Source: Vicugna vicugna
Lineage: Eukaryota
NCBI GenBank assembly: GCA_013265495.1
Contig: MU058636.1
Span: 186,001-250,000 of the forward strand
DNA: 64,000 bases
Direction of reading: 5' to 3'
This document shows positions 24,886 to 37,300 of the stretch, piece by piece. Made by a program: the position numbers and the translations under genes. Positions within the stretch are counted from its first letter, which is position 1. Each line of letters begins with the position of its first letter. The notes beneath the pieces were generated by a model, which was not told the DNA's origin, ran no database searches, and saw only the letters and a program-made list of their open reading frames with translations.

Positions 24886-27079
24886 TCTGAAGAGAAATTC
24901 ACCTTGTTCGTAGGCCCTGTCTAGATTTATCGCGGTGTCCTCGCTCGCTCCGGCACATTGTGGAGTCATGTTTCTACCCAGTGCATCCTCGGTTCCCCTG
25001 CACGGAAAGGCCAGGCCGCCTCCCCGGTTCATCTGAGGCATGTTGTGCTGGAGTGACGTCCACGTGCACCTGGTTATGTGGATGTACTGACTGAGTCATT
25101 GAATTTTAACTAAAGTAACCCTCACACGTTGCTTGAAGCACTGGGTGAGATAATCTGAAATCGCAGCCGTTGCCTGTAAGTGGTGATGGTACAAGCAAAT
25201 GGCTGGAGTTTCTAGAAACTCTGCGTTAATGTCCAGCTCACAGAGTTCTCTGCCCACGTCAGTCTCTCTCTTTCAATGGACACTCATGCTTTCCTTTGTG
25301 TCTATTTCCCTTCCAGGCAGAGGGGAGGGGGAACTCCTCCAAGTCTGAGGACTCCTCTACGTTCTCCTGAGAGGCAGCCAGGGAGGGGGTGCTGGGTCGG
25401 GACTGCATTTCGGGGGTGACTGCTGGAAGCAGGGGGAAAGACGGGGTGGGAGGGGACATCCTTCCCAAGTCTGTTTCCCAGAATAGTTTCCCAGAGACCT
25501 GCCTTCCTTAAAGTGTGGCTGACTGAAGTGTTCAAGCCCAGTCTCTCCTCATTTGGTCCCTAGGGTCTGACGTCCTGGGGTGAGAGGTGGCCTCCTCTGC
25601 ACTCCAGCCTCCCCGACCATTAGAGGAACACCAGGCTTGCAGCAGACCAGTTAAAGATGTTCCCATTCTTGCGCACGTGTGTGCGTGCGTGGCATGACTA
25701 CGCAGCACACGTGCTCCTGTCTCCACCCGAGTGCCTGTCTTTCTCTGCCCATTGGTCACTCTCTGCGCTTCTTCCCGGCTGAGCCTGATTGGAGCAATTC
25801 TGACTCGCGAGTCACCAGGGGTAGGGCTGTGACCACAGCTGGCAGCCGAGGCACACTGGGCCCACCCTGGCTCTGCTGACCAAATGAAGGGCTGCTCTGT
25901 TTTCTGCTTGCGCGAAACAGAGATGGTTCGATTGAATCCAAGACAGTTTTCTCGGATTGATGCAGAGACCGAGCATACCACAATCACCCAGAACGCTTAT
26001 AAAAAAGGCCCTCCGCACCACTACCTACGACCTGCTGAATCAGGCGGGGGTGGGGGTGGGCACCTGCAGTTCCCTGAGGACCTTGGTTTAGGACGGGGTG
26101 CTTTTATGTGCAAAAGCTTGACATCTGCTGGTCCAAGGGACGTCACGGGAGGCCACATGGGACTGTCCACAGTCGCCTGCTGTTGTGAGCACAGGTGTGC
26201 CTCTGCATACGTTCACCAGATGGGCTTCATTATTTTTGTGATCACTACATTTCAGAGTGTAAAGGGACTTACCGCTCATGTATGTGCGGGAAATAAGGCC
26301 AACAGACATGAGGTGACTTGGCCAAGACACCATTTCTCTTTATTCCACTGTGTCTCCTTAGTGACACGTCCATACAAACTGCCCAGATGGGACAACAAAC
26401 CTTTCACCCAAAGGTAGACGTGACCCAGAGAAAGAACTGCAGGGGGAGAATTACGTGTCAGTCATCTTCACATGCATCTGAACACTGACGGTCAACTCCC
26501 TCTGCTGATAAAGGATATCCTGAGATAAACAGAAGATGCCGACACACAGCTGAGTCCGTTTTACTGAAACTTGGTTTACTCAGCTTTAATCGTAACCTTT
26601 AATTGTCACTGAGATTAAGTTGTGCAACCTGGTCTTGATAGAATGACATGTTAAAACCTTTTATGAAGCTTTGAAATTTCCTTGATATTTTAAATTTATC
26701 TTAGGTAGAAGGTGACTGCTTGGATACTTAGAGCCCTAAACTTTCCCTAAGAAAAGGAAGTAACTGAGGAAGTGTGTGAAGAGCTGTACCATCAGGGACA
26801 CTAGGAAGGGGTTACCTCTTTTATGGAGAATGACGTAAGTAACAACAGGACACTGATGGGAAATTTAGGGGTTTGTGGGTTTGTGATGGGAACACCGTGG
26901 CCAAGATACTAGCTGATGCTCAGGAACACATTTCATTTTCAAAGCCAAAAAGGACTGAGAAACTTTGCAGTTGCTTTTCTGCTGACACTCATTCATCTAC
27001 ACACAGCATCCTTTCTGACGGCATGTTCCAGGCGAATTTGATGACAACGGAAGAGATGCAGAAACGGTGAAGGGAGTTG

Positions 27080-27700
27080 TATTAAGCAGTAGTATTTTGG
27101 TTGCAAGTGATACAAACCCAGCTGGTTTCAGGAGTGGCTTCGGGGAAGTGTAGCTCCCCACCCCCATTAATCTCCACGATCCCCCCAAATCCGCACTGTG
27201 AGTAAAGCAGTGTTTGTCGCCACATCAGGATCCCTTTCCTGGCTCTTTCCTCCCTAAGCCCTGCCTCTGCAGAAATCCTAGGGTTGCATCTTAGGTAAAA
27301 AAAAAGGAATTTATTCAATCACATAAGTCCAGTGAATGACCTGGGCTTCAGAAAAAGCAGGACCAATCAGGTGAAGCAATATTATAAGAAAATGAATCTC
27401 TGTCTTTGCTGGCTAGACAGGGTCTCTCCCGGTGGTGCCAAGATGGCAGCTGGAGCCCCCAAACTCTCATCTTCTTTGTAACTCCTTACAGCCCCTCTGT
27501 CCTCCAGTGTCCCTGTCTCTCTGTAAAGACCTCTGGCTTTCCCTACTGGGGTCACCTTCTCACCTGGAGGAAGCCTCAGCACCCTGGCTGCAGCTGGCAC
27601 CACATGCCAGACATGAATGTGAATGGGTGAGGAAATGGAGGGGATGGAGTCTGTGACAGCTGCCCCTTCGTCGTCGGGAAAATAGATACTGGCAGCTCTA
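27080..27700 (-). mobile_element. MaLR (MLT1K/L-like) LTR remnant
   Basis: ttttggttgcaagtgatacaaacccagctgg...aaaaggaatttatt...ccaagatggcagctggagcccc...ctgggtcac. Confidence 0.55.
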
Positions 27701-27964
27701 CTGAATATTTCTTCTTCTAAGTCCTGTGTGGCGCCCTAATCTCTAAAAACAGTGTGCAAAAGGGAGAAGCATTTGGAGCAGTGTTCAAAGAGTCATCAAA
27801 ATCCATTTCCAGAATGCTTAAGAAGACCACCGCAGAAGAGTGAAGGCTTCCATTAAGTGATCTTCCTCCCTGGACCCTTTCCCCAAAACTGTCAGGGATG
27901 CTCTTTTAGTCTGTTTGTTTGTAAATAACGACCAGAAAGAGCCCTATGAAGAAAGCCTGAAAGG

Positions 27965-28190
27965 AAACTGGCCCAGGGACTGGGGGAAAGGAAGGGATTA
28001 GGGGCTGCCTCTATACTGTTTTGCTCCCTAAGCGGGGGAGCAGGCACACGCGGGATGACTGTATGCCTGTCAAACTGGCCCAGGGACTGGGGTAAAGGAA
28101 GGGATTAGGGGCTGGTGCGTCCGCTGCCTCTATACTGTTTTGCTCCCTAAGCGGGGGAGCAGGCACACGCGGGATGACTGTATGCCTGTC
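27965..28190 (+). repeat. Head-to-tail tandem duplication (107 bp, 27965-28071; 119 bp, 28072-28190)
   Basis: The copies are identical apart from one G/T substitution and a 12-nt indel (gtgcgtccgctg). Confidence 0.97.
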
Positions 28191-29096
28191 TATGTGCCAT
28201 ACACACGCCTCTCCTTTGTTACAGGTGTATAGACATGCATCCACATGTAAAAGGGACACACATACATGTATACTTTTTTTTTAAAAGATGAGTATGTCTA
28301 ATCAAATTTCATCCAATTGTACATCTGAAATATGTATAGTTTACAGGAATTATACCACAATAAAGACGTTTTTAAAATAGGAAATGGGGTTGTAGTTTGA
28401 GGAAAAGACAGGCTTAACAAATGGCTTAAAGCCTTATTTATAAATGTATCCAGTTTAATTCATGGCTAGGAACACTTGGTCACCAGCCTCGGCAGGTGTG
28501 AAGACCCACTGAGAAACCATCTCCCATCCCGAAGCCCAGCTTAACGACCTAGAAAATGTTCTCTTCCTCAGCGTCCTGCTAAGACTGACCAGGAACCCGT
28601 CTTCTTTTGTGTTGGTTTGTTCCGGGGCCCAGAAGAGACGGGCAGGACCCCTACTTGAAGCTGACCTTGCCAGCCTACAGTGTGCAGAGCAAGCTGTCCA
28701 TCCTTTCTGCATATTTTTTTCGAAGAATATCTGTAGCAGAGACCAGACAGGGGGAGCTCGGGACTGCAGGGCTCTGCCTCCGTCTCTGCCGAGCTCCGTT
28801 CTCCTTGTCCGTCCCCGATGGTTAACTTCTGTTCAGTGAAGCTTAATGAGCACATCAGGAAATGCAGGGTCAGGCTCCTACCTACATCTCTTTTTTTGTG
28901 CATGTGTTCCCTATGAGGTCAGAATTTTATCAAATATTAAAAAGATACAGCCTTTTTTTTTTCATTTATGGAACTGTGCCCGGAAGGACCAAGCAGTTTC
29001 GACAATAACTGACAAGTAAAAATCACCAAAAGTAGATCAAGTGACCTTGGACCAGACTCCTCATCTCTCAATGATTCCATTTCTGTGGAAGAAGGG

Positions 29097-29122
29097 GTGT
29101 GTGTGTGTGTGTGTGTGTGTGT
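29097..29122. repeat. (GT)13 microsatellite
   Basis: Perfect GT run seen directly. Confidence 0.95.
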
Positions 29123-29319
29123 GCATGCACACTAAGTGAGGCCCAGAATTTCTTACAGCTTTAACATGCCACCAGCTGGAGTTGTCCACAGGCTGTGGGG
29201 GCTGGAGGTGAGGAGTCTGGAGAGCCAGGACCACCCTGAGTTCCAGGCCACACATCAGACACCTTAGAAATACCTGCAGAACCTGCACAAATCCCACCAA
29301 GCTGGACATGCAAAAACAA

Positions 29320-29440
29320 TCTCAGCGGCGGGGAGGAAGGGAAGTTATGTATATGTGTGTACATGTATAACTGAGTCACTTTGCTGTCCACCTGAAACTA
29401 ACACTGTAAATCAACTACACTGCAATACATTTTTTTTAAA
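29320..29440 (+). mobile_element. Artiodactyl-type L1 extreme 3' end
   Basis: atgtataactgagtcactttgctgtccacctgaaactaacactgtaaatcaactacactgcaata. Confidence 0.8.
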
Positions 29441-29779
29441 GTAGAGGAATGGAGCCAGGGGTAGACAGTTTATCTTCTGCCAAATTATCTCAGTGTAACT
29501 TCTGTGCAGTGACATGTAGCTCAACATATGAAGTAGGATGGATTACTGAGATGAAAGTGTACACTGACTTACATTTTAGAAAAGACTTTAAAAAAGTCAC
29601 CTTCCCTTTTCCTGGTTTTGACCTCCCTGTAAGAGATGGGGTGACAGTGGCATGCGTTTGGACTTAAGCCCTGCATCTGTAAACAAATCGGGACATTAAA
29701 AAAAAAGGTTATGAGTCCTGCACGACTCACAGGAAGCACCTGCGCCCCAGGGCAAGTGACAGACAGGTAAACCAGGCAG

Positions 29780-30560
29780 CAGATGGGCACAGGAGGAAGG
29801 GTCCCCGAAGGGCGCCCGACTCCCCGGCGGACCCTAAAGCACAGACCCCCCAGACCCCCACGCCGTCCCCGCACCTGAAGGCGCCTGGTCCTGCGTAACG
29901 TTCCAGAGGCTTCCCCGGCGGCGCCCCCCCCGCCCCGCCCGCGCCCGGGCGTCCGCAGCCCGTCGCACTGGGCGCCGCCGCACTGGGCGCCGCTGCGGCA
30001 CGGACGGCGCAGCCTCGGCGCAGGGAGCGCCCGCAGNNNNNNNNNNNNNNNNNNNNNNNNNNNNNNNNNNNNNNNNNNNNNNNNNNNNNNNNNNNNNNNN
30101 NNNNNNNNNNNNNNNNNNNNNNNNNNNNNNNNNNNNNNNNNNNNNNNNNNNNNNNNNNNNNNNNNNNNNNNNNNNNNNNNNNNNNNNNNNNNNNNNNNNN
30201 NNNNNNNNNNNNNNNNNNNNNNNNNNNNNNNNNNNNNNNNNNNNNNNNNNNNNNNNNNNNNNNNNNNNNNNNNNNNGTCAGCCGCTCGCCGGTCCCGACC
30301 CCCGGCCCCGCCGCGGTGCGCTGGGCGCGGGCGGCCCGCGGCGCCCTCGCCCCTCCGGCCTCGCGGCGCGCGTTCTGCGGCGGAGCTGGGGCGGGGGGTG
30401 GGGAGGGGCACCGGGGCTTCTGACCCCCGGCCCTCGCCACCCCGGGGACGCCCGGCGCCCCGCGAGCCGGCGCTGGGCCTCGGGAAGCCAGGTGCTTTAG
30501 AGCCGCACACCCGGTGCTTCCAGTGCGGCATCCGGACCGCTCCGGCGCTGGGTTTTGTCT
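29780..30560 (+). promoter_or_regulatory. ATP8A2: CpG-island promoter, probably ATP8A2 (P4-ATPase phospholipid flippase); exon 1 likely inside the N gap
   Basis: Very GC/CpG-rich with GC boxes (ccccgccccgccc at ~29927-29940), ~21 kb downstream of NUP58. The MTMR6-NUP58-ATP8A2 order is conserved in mammals. No ATP8A2 coding sequence is visible, so the call rests on synteny. Confidence 0.65.
30037..30276. other. Assembly gap (240 N)
   Basis: Run of N in the middle of the CpG island. Confidence 1.
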
Positions 30561-31350
30561 GCTGTTTAACTAGTTAGGAACCGCGAGCTTGTTGAGCTGG
30601 ATGTCACGTGATTATGATACAGGATGGCTTGTCTGCACCCTTTAGATAATGAAAATTTGAAAGGGTCCTTCAAAACGACTAGATTCCGTGCCATTTCAGG
30701 ACTGCTGGCGAGTTTGTAGGTAGATCTTTGACACGAGGAAGGTACAGGGTTTGCGGTTTGTACCTGAGGTCCCTTGTAATCTTCGTGGGTTTTGTTTGTT
30801 TTTTGAGAAAAGTGGGCATATAAACAGAAGTGACTTTGCTGTTTCCGTAGTTGAATGCTGTGAGAAGGAGACAGACGGTTTAGAGCAGTGTTTCTTAAAC
30901 TTGAGTGATGGAAGGGCACCTTCACATTCACTTGAGACTCCCAGAGTAAAAGCATCACGGAGTGACGGGCTGAGACTGGACTGAGGGGCGCCGGAGGGAA
31001 GCAGGGCGCCCGGTGGGAGCCAGATGGTGCCTGTGGCCTCTGAGGTGGAGGGGGCGGGGGCGGGCACAGCCTCCATATGTCTGAAGGCGCAGCCAGCAGC
31101 ATTTGCTCAAGATTTGGAGGTCGGGTGGAAGTGAAAGAGGAGACTCGGAGGTTTTTGGTCTGAGAACCTGGAAGGATGCACCACTCACTCAGCTGAGGAA
31201 GTCAGCGGAAAGAGCAGGCTATCTTCTTCTTGGAGGGGTAGTTGCATGTGTCAGGGGTTTGGTTTTGAACATGCCAGAGAGCCGAGGGGAGAGTCAAGCC
31301 AGCCTGCAGACTGGAGAAGGACATTCAGGAGCATCTGGCGGGCAGGCTCC

Positions 31351-31726
31351 CAGGGCCGGGGTGTGACTGGGCGCTGTCGCGGGCCCTGTCTTGGAAGAGT
31401 CCCGAGTTTGCTTCCTGCTCTACTCTGGCCACGTTGGAAGTCTTCATGATTTTTGAACAAGGGGCACACATTTTCTTTTTTTAATAAACATTTTTTATTG
31501 ATTTATAATCATTTTACAATGTGTCAAATTCCAGTGTTCATCACAATTTTTCAGTTATATATGAACATATATATATTCATTGTCACATTTTTTTCTCTGT
31601 GGGCTACCATAAGATTTTGTGTATATTTCCCTGTGCTATACAGTATAATCTTGTTTATCTATTCTACACTTTTGAAATCCCGTCCGCATTTTCATTTTGC
31701 ACCAGGCCCTGCCCATTACATAACCA
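31351..31726 (+). mobile_element. MER91A-like (hAT-Tip100) MITE split by an L1 insertion
   Basis: cagggccgg...atttttgaacaaggggc [L1] ccgcattttcattttgcaccaggccctgc matches the MER91A consensus as I recall it. Confidence 0.7.
31471..31681 (-). mobile_element. Young camelid-type L1 3' end, 5'-truncated
   Basis: T-rich tail then acattttttattgatttataatcattttacaatgtgtcaaattccagtg...ctgtgctatacagtataatcttgtttatctattctac. Degenerate TSD cattttc on both sides. Confidence 0.85.
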
Positions 31727-32597
31727 TTGTGTGTGGATGTGGCCAAAAAGAGAGAGGTCCTTGGACGCAGCCCTGAGGGCTCCAGTATTTCAAAGTCAGG
31801 GAGGTGAGGGTAACAGCAAGGGGGCTGTGAGGATGGCCGGTGAGCTCAGAGGGAACCTGAGAGGCAGTGGCCAGGAGGTGGGGGGGTTCAGCTGGGGAGG
31901 GGCTCCTGAGAGCTCAGGACATACGAGGCGTGAGGACCGCCGGGTTATTCGGCAGCGTGGAGGACATTGGTACCCTTGCGGAAACTGATTTTGTGTGATC
32001 CCAGGGAAGACTGTCTATCAGAGCAGCTTCATGAGAGACTAAGAGGACAGATACTGGAAACAGCATGACCAGAAAACTCTTCGGGGTGAATTTTGTAGCC
32101 AGGGGAGCGGGGAGCAGGAGTGGTCACTGGAGGAGGACATGGGTTCCAGAAGGCTGTCTTAAGACTCATGTTACAGTCATGCTGTTGATGGCATGAACTT
32201 CAAGGCGAGGGGATTTCCGGGAGGAAGAAGGGGCAGTGACCTGAGCTCCACTGTAGGGAGCAGCCAAGTCCAGATGTGGAGGATGGGGGGCCTTGCTGAT
32301 GACAGGCTGCAAGTTACAGAAGGCAGAGAGGAAGGTTTTAAGTGATGGGGGTCTCTTTGGAGTATTTACACATGTGAAGAAGAGGGGCCCCAGACCACGT
32401 GGGCTCCCCGGGGACACCCCAGTGAACTTGCGCGAGGGCCTGCTGGGGTCAGTTTGGACGATGACATCAGCAGGTGTAATTGGGGTGTAGCTATGAGCGC
32501 CTTGGGGAGGGGTCCTGCGCTCTGAGACCTCTTCTTCCCACTTGATAGAGCTGGAAAGCCAGGACAGTGCCATCTGCAGAACCAGCTCTCAAAGCTT

Positions 32598-32750
32598 AAG
32601 ACGAGGTCCTCCAGTACAGCACAGGGAACTGCATTCAATACCTTGCGACGGCCTATAAGGAAAAAGACTATGAAAAGGAATATATATGTATAACTTAATC
32701 ACTGTGCTGTAAGTGCACCAGAAATTAGCACAACACTGTAAACCGACTGT
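32598..32750 (+). mobile_element. Artiodactyl-type L1 3' end
   Basis: gaggtcctccagtacagcacagggaactgcattcaatacctt...tataacttaatcactgtgctgta...caacactgtaaaccgact. Confidence 0.85.
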
Positions 32751-33634
32751 TCGTTAACAGCAGCAGCAGCAGCTTAGGACCCCCTCGCCCATCCCGCAAA
32801 CCTGTCGTGGCTCTTTCAGTCCTGGACTCCTCCACGGGTGTTTTTAACAGAGCCTTTTCTGAAACAAAGCAAACCAAACCAAAAACATCCTGTTGGGAGT
32901 TTGCTTACATTTGCATTACATTTGTGCCTTAATCTGGTAAGAATGGACTTTTAAAAGATACTGAGCCTTCTTAACCATGAATGTGAGCTCTCTCACCATT
33001 TCCGTGTCTTTTGTATCTTTTGCTGAAGCGTCACAGTTTTCTCCATGCAGTTTTAAAAGGTTTATTCCGGATACTTCTATTACTGAAATGAATGGGATGA
33101 CTCAAAAATTACATTTTTACCTGGTGTTGCTGGTGTCTAGCAAAACTTTCTGTTTTTTAAATTGATTCTGTATCCAACAACCTAGTGAACCGTCTTAGAA
33201 ATTTTGATAGTTTACGAATTCTCTAATTTTTTCAAGTGTAGACATTCTCATTATCTGCAAGTAATTTTATTTCTTCTTTTATAATTCTTATAACTCTTAT
33301 TTTTTTCTTACCTGATTATATTTGCTAGTATGCCCAGTGCAGGTTTACCGGAAGCGCCATTTTTGCTTTGCTCTTAGAACATTAAAGGGAATGCTTCCAG
33401 AATGTCATGCCTATAGAGTGGGATGTTTGCTGTCAGAGATTGGTGGCGGCTCTGTGTTACACTAAGGATGTGCTCTTGTGTTCCTACCCAGGACCCAGTT
33501 GATTGAGGGCAGGGGCTGATTTACTGTGCACTTTTAAGATAATCGTAAGGGACCAGGAAAATAAGTAAAGACTCCTGGTGGCTGTGGGGTCTCTTCTCTT
33601 TCGTCTCCGGATCTCTGGGTTCATTAAAAGTGAA

Positions 33635-34370
33635 TCATGGCACACCTGTCGGAATGGCTATAATGAAAAATGGCGACATCACCAAATCCTGGCAAGAGTG
33701 CAGAGAAGCAGGATCATTCAGATGCCCTTGCTGGGCCTGTATGACGGCACAGCCACACAGGAAGAATGGTTGGCAGTTCCTTATGAAGCTGCACACGCAA
33801 TGAGCGTTTGACACAGCAGTGGTACCCTGGGGTGTTTATTCCAGAGAAACAGAAATTTAACACGAAAACTTGTGCATCAGTATTCATAGCAGCTCTACTT
33901 ATAGCAGCCTGGAGCTCGATGTCCTTCAGTGGCCGGATGACTGAACAAAAGCTGTCGTCCATCCACGGCACGGAACAGTACCCGACAGGAGGTGGGAGCC
34001 AGCTGCAACAACTTGGGTGGATCTCCAGAGAATTGTGCCGAGTGAAGAAAGTCCAGTCCCCAAAGGTTACGTGCTGGCCGATCCTATTTCTATAACATTC
34101 ATGAAAAGACAAAATTACCGAAGTGGAGAACGCACAAGAGGTTGCCAGGGGTGAAGGAGGGTTCGGGGGCGGGAGGGACAAGAGGAGAGCACGAGGACCC
34201 TGGTGGCAGAGCTGCTCTGCGTCTTGACTTAGTGTCACTATCCTGGTCATGATGCTGTCCTGTAGTTTTGCAAGACGGTACCAGTGGGGGAAACAGGTAA
34301 AGGGCACATAAAACCTAAGTGTCATTTCTTAAAACTGCGTGTGCGTCCAAAGTAATCTCAGAAAATAAAG
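33635..34370 (+). mobile_element. L1MC-like LINE (ORF2 end + 3' UTR), CpG-enriched
   Basis: Relic peptide 'TKTCASVFIAALLIAA' (ORF2 C-terminus) and L1MC 3' UTR motifs (gcaacaacttgggtggatctc, aaggttacgtgctg, gacaaaattacc, ggttgccagggg). Confidence 0.88.
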
Positions 34371-37300
34371 CTTAATACAGAAGAGTAAACTCGTAGTTTT
34401 TCATCGGATAAAACCATTCATTGTCATGTTTCCAATCTTTAGTATACTCCCACTGAAGACATCTGAGTTCTGTTATTATAATTTCATTGATAGGCTGTCC
34501 CCTCGGGGCAGTTTCTATAACACACCTGTTTCTGTAACACAGGGAGCCTCTGTGTTTGAGAAGCTTAGGGCTTGGCATACTGCGTCCTGTTTGCTATGTC
34601 TTGGGAGAGTCTGGGTCGGGGGGAGCTTAGACAATCATGTACTTCCTTAAAAGCGTGCTTCTCGTCTTTTACAAACCAGTAACGAAAGGGTCACCAGTCA
34701 CGGCCTGCTTCCAGATCATGTGCCGAGCTGCATACTGTTTAGTGTAATAATTCTGGGATGAGTGTTTCTTGCCTACGAGGTAGCTTTGAGTCCTATGTTA
34801 ACCTAGATGTTCAAGCGTACTTTTCCCAGTTCCACCTTTCCCCCCAAATACACTCCGTGCTGGTGTGTCTCAGCCATTTTACCGGGGGTGGGGATGCAGA
34901 GACGGGTGAGAGGGCATCCTCCACCTTCGTGGGGCTTGCAGTCTGGTCAGGTGGAGCCTTCTAGTCAGTAAGGGAGACAGAGTGGAGAGAGAGTCACTGG
35001 TTTTAACAGATACATGTGGGGGGGCCTCCTGTGTGCCGGGCCCTGCCTGGTGCTGGAGGTGGAGCAGAGAGCAGAGAGCAGAGAGGATGAGCCCCGGTGG
35101 GGGTGATGCACGTGGGGTGAGCGCCCTCAGCTCTCACCCAGCCTCGCGGTGATGCTCATGGCCAGTGTGCATGGTGGGCAGGGAGGTGACGTGCTGGGAG
35201 TGTCTATGGGTGCGCAGGTCAGGTGAGCAGTGAAGACAGGAAGGAAGGGGAGTTGATTTCTGTGGATGACGGTGTCTGGAGGTGTCAGTGGTCTCCAGGG
35301 CGGAAGCTCCCCGCTCCCCCCACCCTGTCTTATTGAATTTATGGTTTTGGCTAAAAGACAGAAGATTAGCGAAGAGTAGCAGGCAGGCAGGCAGGAAGCA
35401 CACAGACCAGATACAGACACGAGAGGATGACTGATCGTCCTCCAAGTCCACACTGCACCCATCCATCTCTTCTGCCCTCTCCTGGTCTTCAAAGATGGTT
35501 TTCTATTTTGTTTTGTTTTAAAAAACCTTCCTCCATGGACCTAGTTTTCCCCTACCAACGTGCCCCAGGTTTCAAGTGGACAGTGAGGAGAATTGGGTGG
35601 TGAAGGTATGAAGAGCTGGAATGTGCGGGCTAGGGGAGAGTTTAGAGAGAGCTTAGCCCCTCTGTCACAGGAGAGAGACAGTAGCGGGCCGTCTTGCTTG
35701 CTGGTCAGCCTCCTGCAGGACCAGCTAATTCATAGCCCCATGCGCTTCCCAGTCTCCCACCTGCCTCGTTCAGTGTCAGACCTGAGCTGAAAGAACAAGC
35801 TCATTCATTCTGTACTGGTTTCTGTTCCTCAAGTGAAAAGAAAGAACTTGGCCTAAGTTCTTCCATTGTCTATACTATCTATCCTGTGGGTTCTCAATGA
35901 GTAAAGATTTGACCGAGCTCTGTCATGGGTTAGTTTTGGACTTGGTCGAAGGGTCCAGACTATGTCTGGAAGGTTCTAAGAGGTAATATATATGGGGGTT
36001 AAAACATCAGGCTCTAAGATTAGAGGGAACAGGGTTTAAATTTTTGACGCTGTCATTTGCTGTCTGTATGCCATTAAAAAGCTTCCTTTGCTTCCATTGC
36101 AGGTGAGGATGAAAATAAATCTTGCAGTTCATGGGGTGGTCATGCTTAGTGAGTAACGTCCGTAGAAGTGCATGCGTTGATTACTTGACCATTAAGGGGA
36201 CTTTGTGTAATTGAGCTCATCTCAACAACGTGTCAGGTCTTTCTCATGCTGCCCACCACCAGCCAAGGTGAACCACCTGGACACTTAGTCTGCCCAACAG
36301 CAGAGCTGCCAAAAACTTCAGCTGTCATTATTTTCCCATTTACGTCAAATGAAGGAGGCCTAACCAGATGACTGCATAGAGTTATCACTGGAGAATGCAG
36401 ATCTTTTCGCGTGGTCATCCAGGTGTACGTGGTCACCCGGCAGGCGCTCTGATCGGAGGTCAGAGCAGTCACCCTCTGACGTCTCTCAGTGTTACCACCT
36501 TCTGTTAGAAGTAGTCTCGCCTCCATGGCAGGAAACACCTCAGTGTGGTGGCTTCAGGTGTTTGATCATTCATTGATTTTTACCTTTACAGTCGATGTTT
36601 TGTCTTAGACCCTCATCTGGGTCTAAGACATCTGACAGAGGTGCCAGCTAGACAAATGGATTACATTAAAAGTGTTCTCTAAAAAGTCTCAAGTATTTAT
36701 GGGAGGATGTGTGGTATCAGCACCTTCAAAGATGAGACTCTGCCTTTCCTCCCTGGATCTTTAGATTTACTAAATATAATCCCTGGTCAATGCCGCACTG
36801 CTGACAAGACGTTATTTACATCCATTTAGGCGGTACAACTGCTCAGAGCAAATGTTAACAGCCATTAAGAAGGGCTAAAAATAAAAGTGATCTCATATCC
36901 AGGCCCCGGGAATTTCTCTCTGTCACCATCAAGGGCACACGCAGAAGCAGGACCTTGGAGAGAGCCCATGCCTGGACATGAGGGTGACCAGTTGCACCTG
37001 CAGGTACCCTGACAGCCACTGGGACACTGTCTCATCTACACGACTGCCTGGTCTGCCTGTGGCCGTGTGCCCAGGAGCGCTGCAGTGCTCAGTCCTCAGC
37101 AGTGGCTGTGGAGGGTGAGTGTGTGTGTGTCTGTGCAGAAATCTCTTGTTCTGACAGGTCATTTCTTACCTTGCTCACTGCCTTTCTGTAAGAATCAGAA
37201 TCTGATACAGCATTAATTTCCACTCCAAAAAACGATCCGATCCCAATTAACTTTGATCTAGAGATTTTGTGTTTGCAAGTAATCTTTCCAGTCTTATGCC

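Noticed and set aside
29569..30531. Long ORFs of 320 aa and 237 aa on the - strand
   Set aside because: They stay open only because of the 240-nt N run and extreme GC content.
33714..34325. 203-aa - strand ORF
   Set aside because: Antisense to an L1MC relic; explained by GC enrichment of the repeat.
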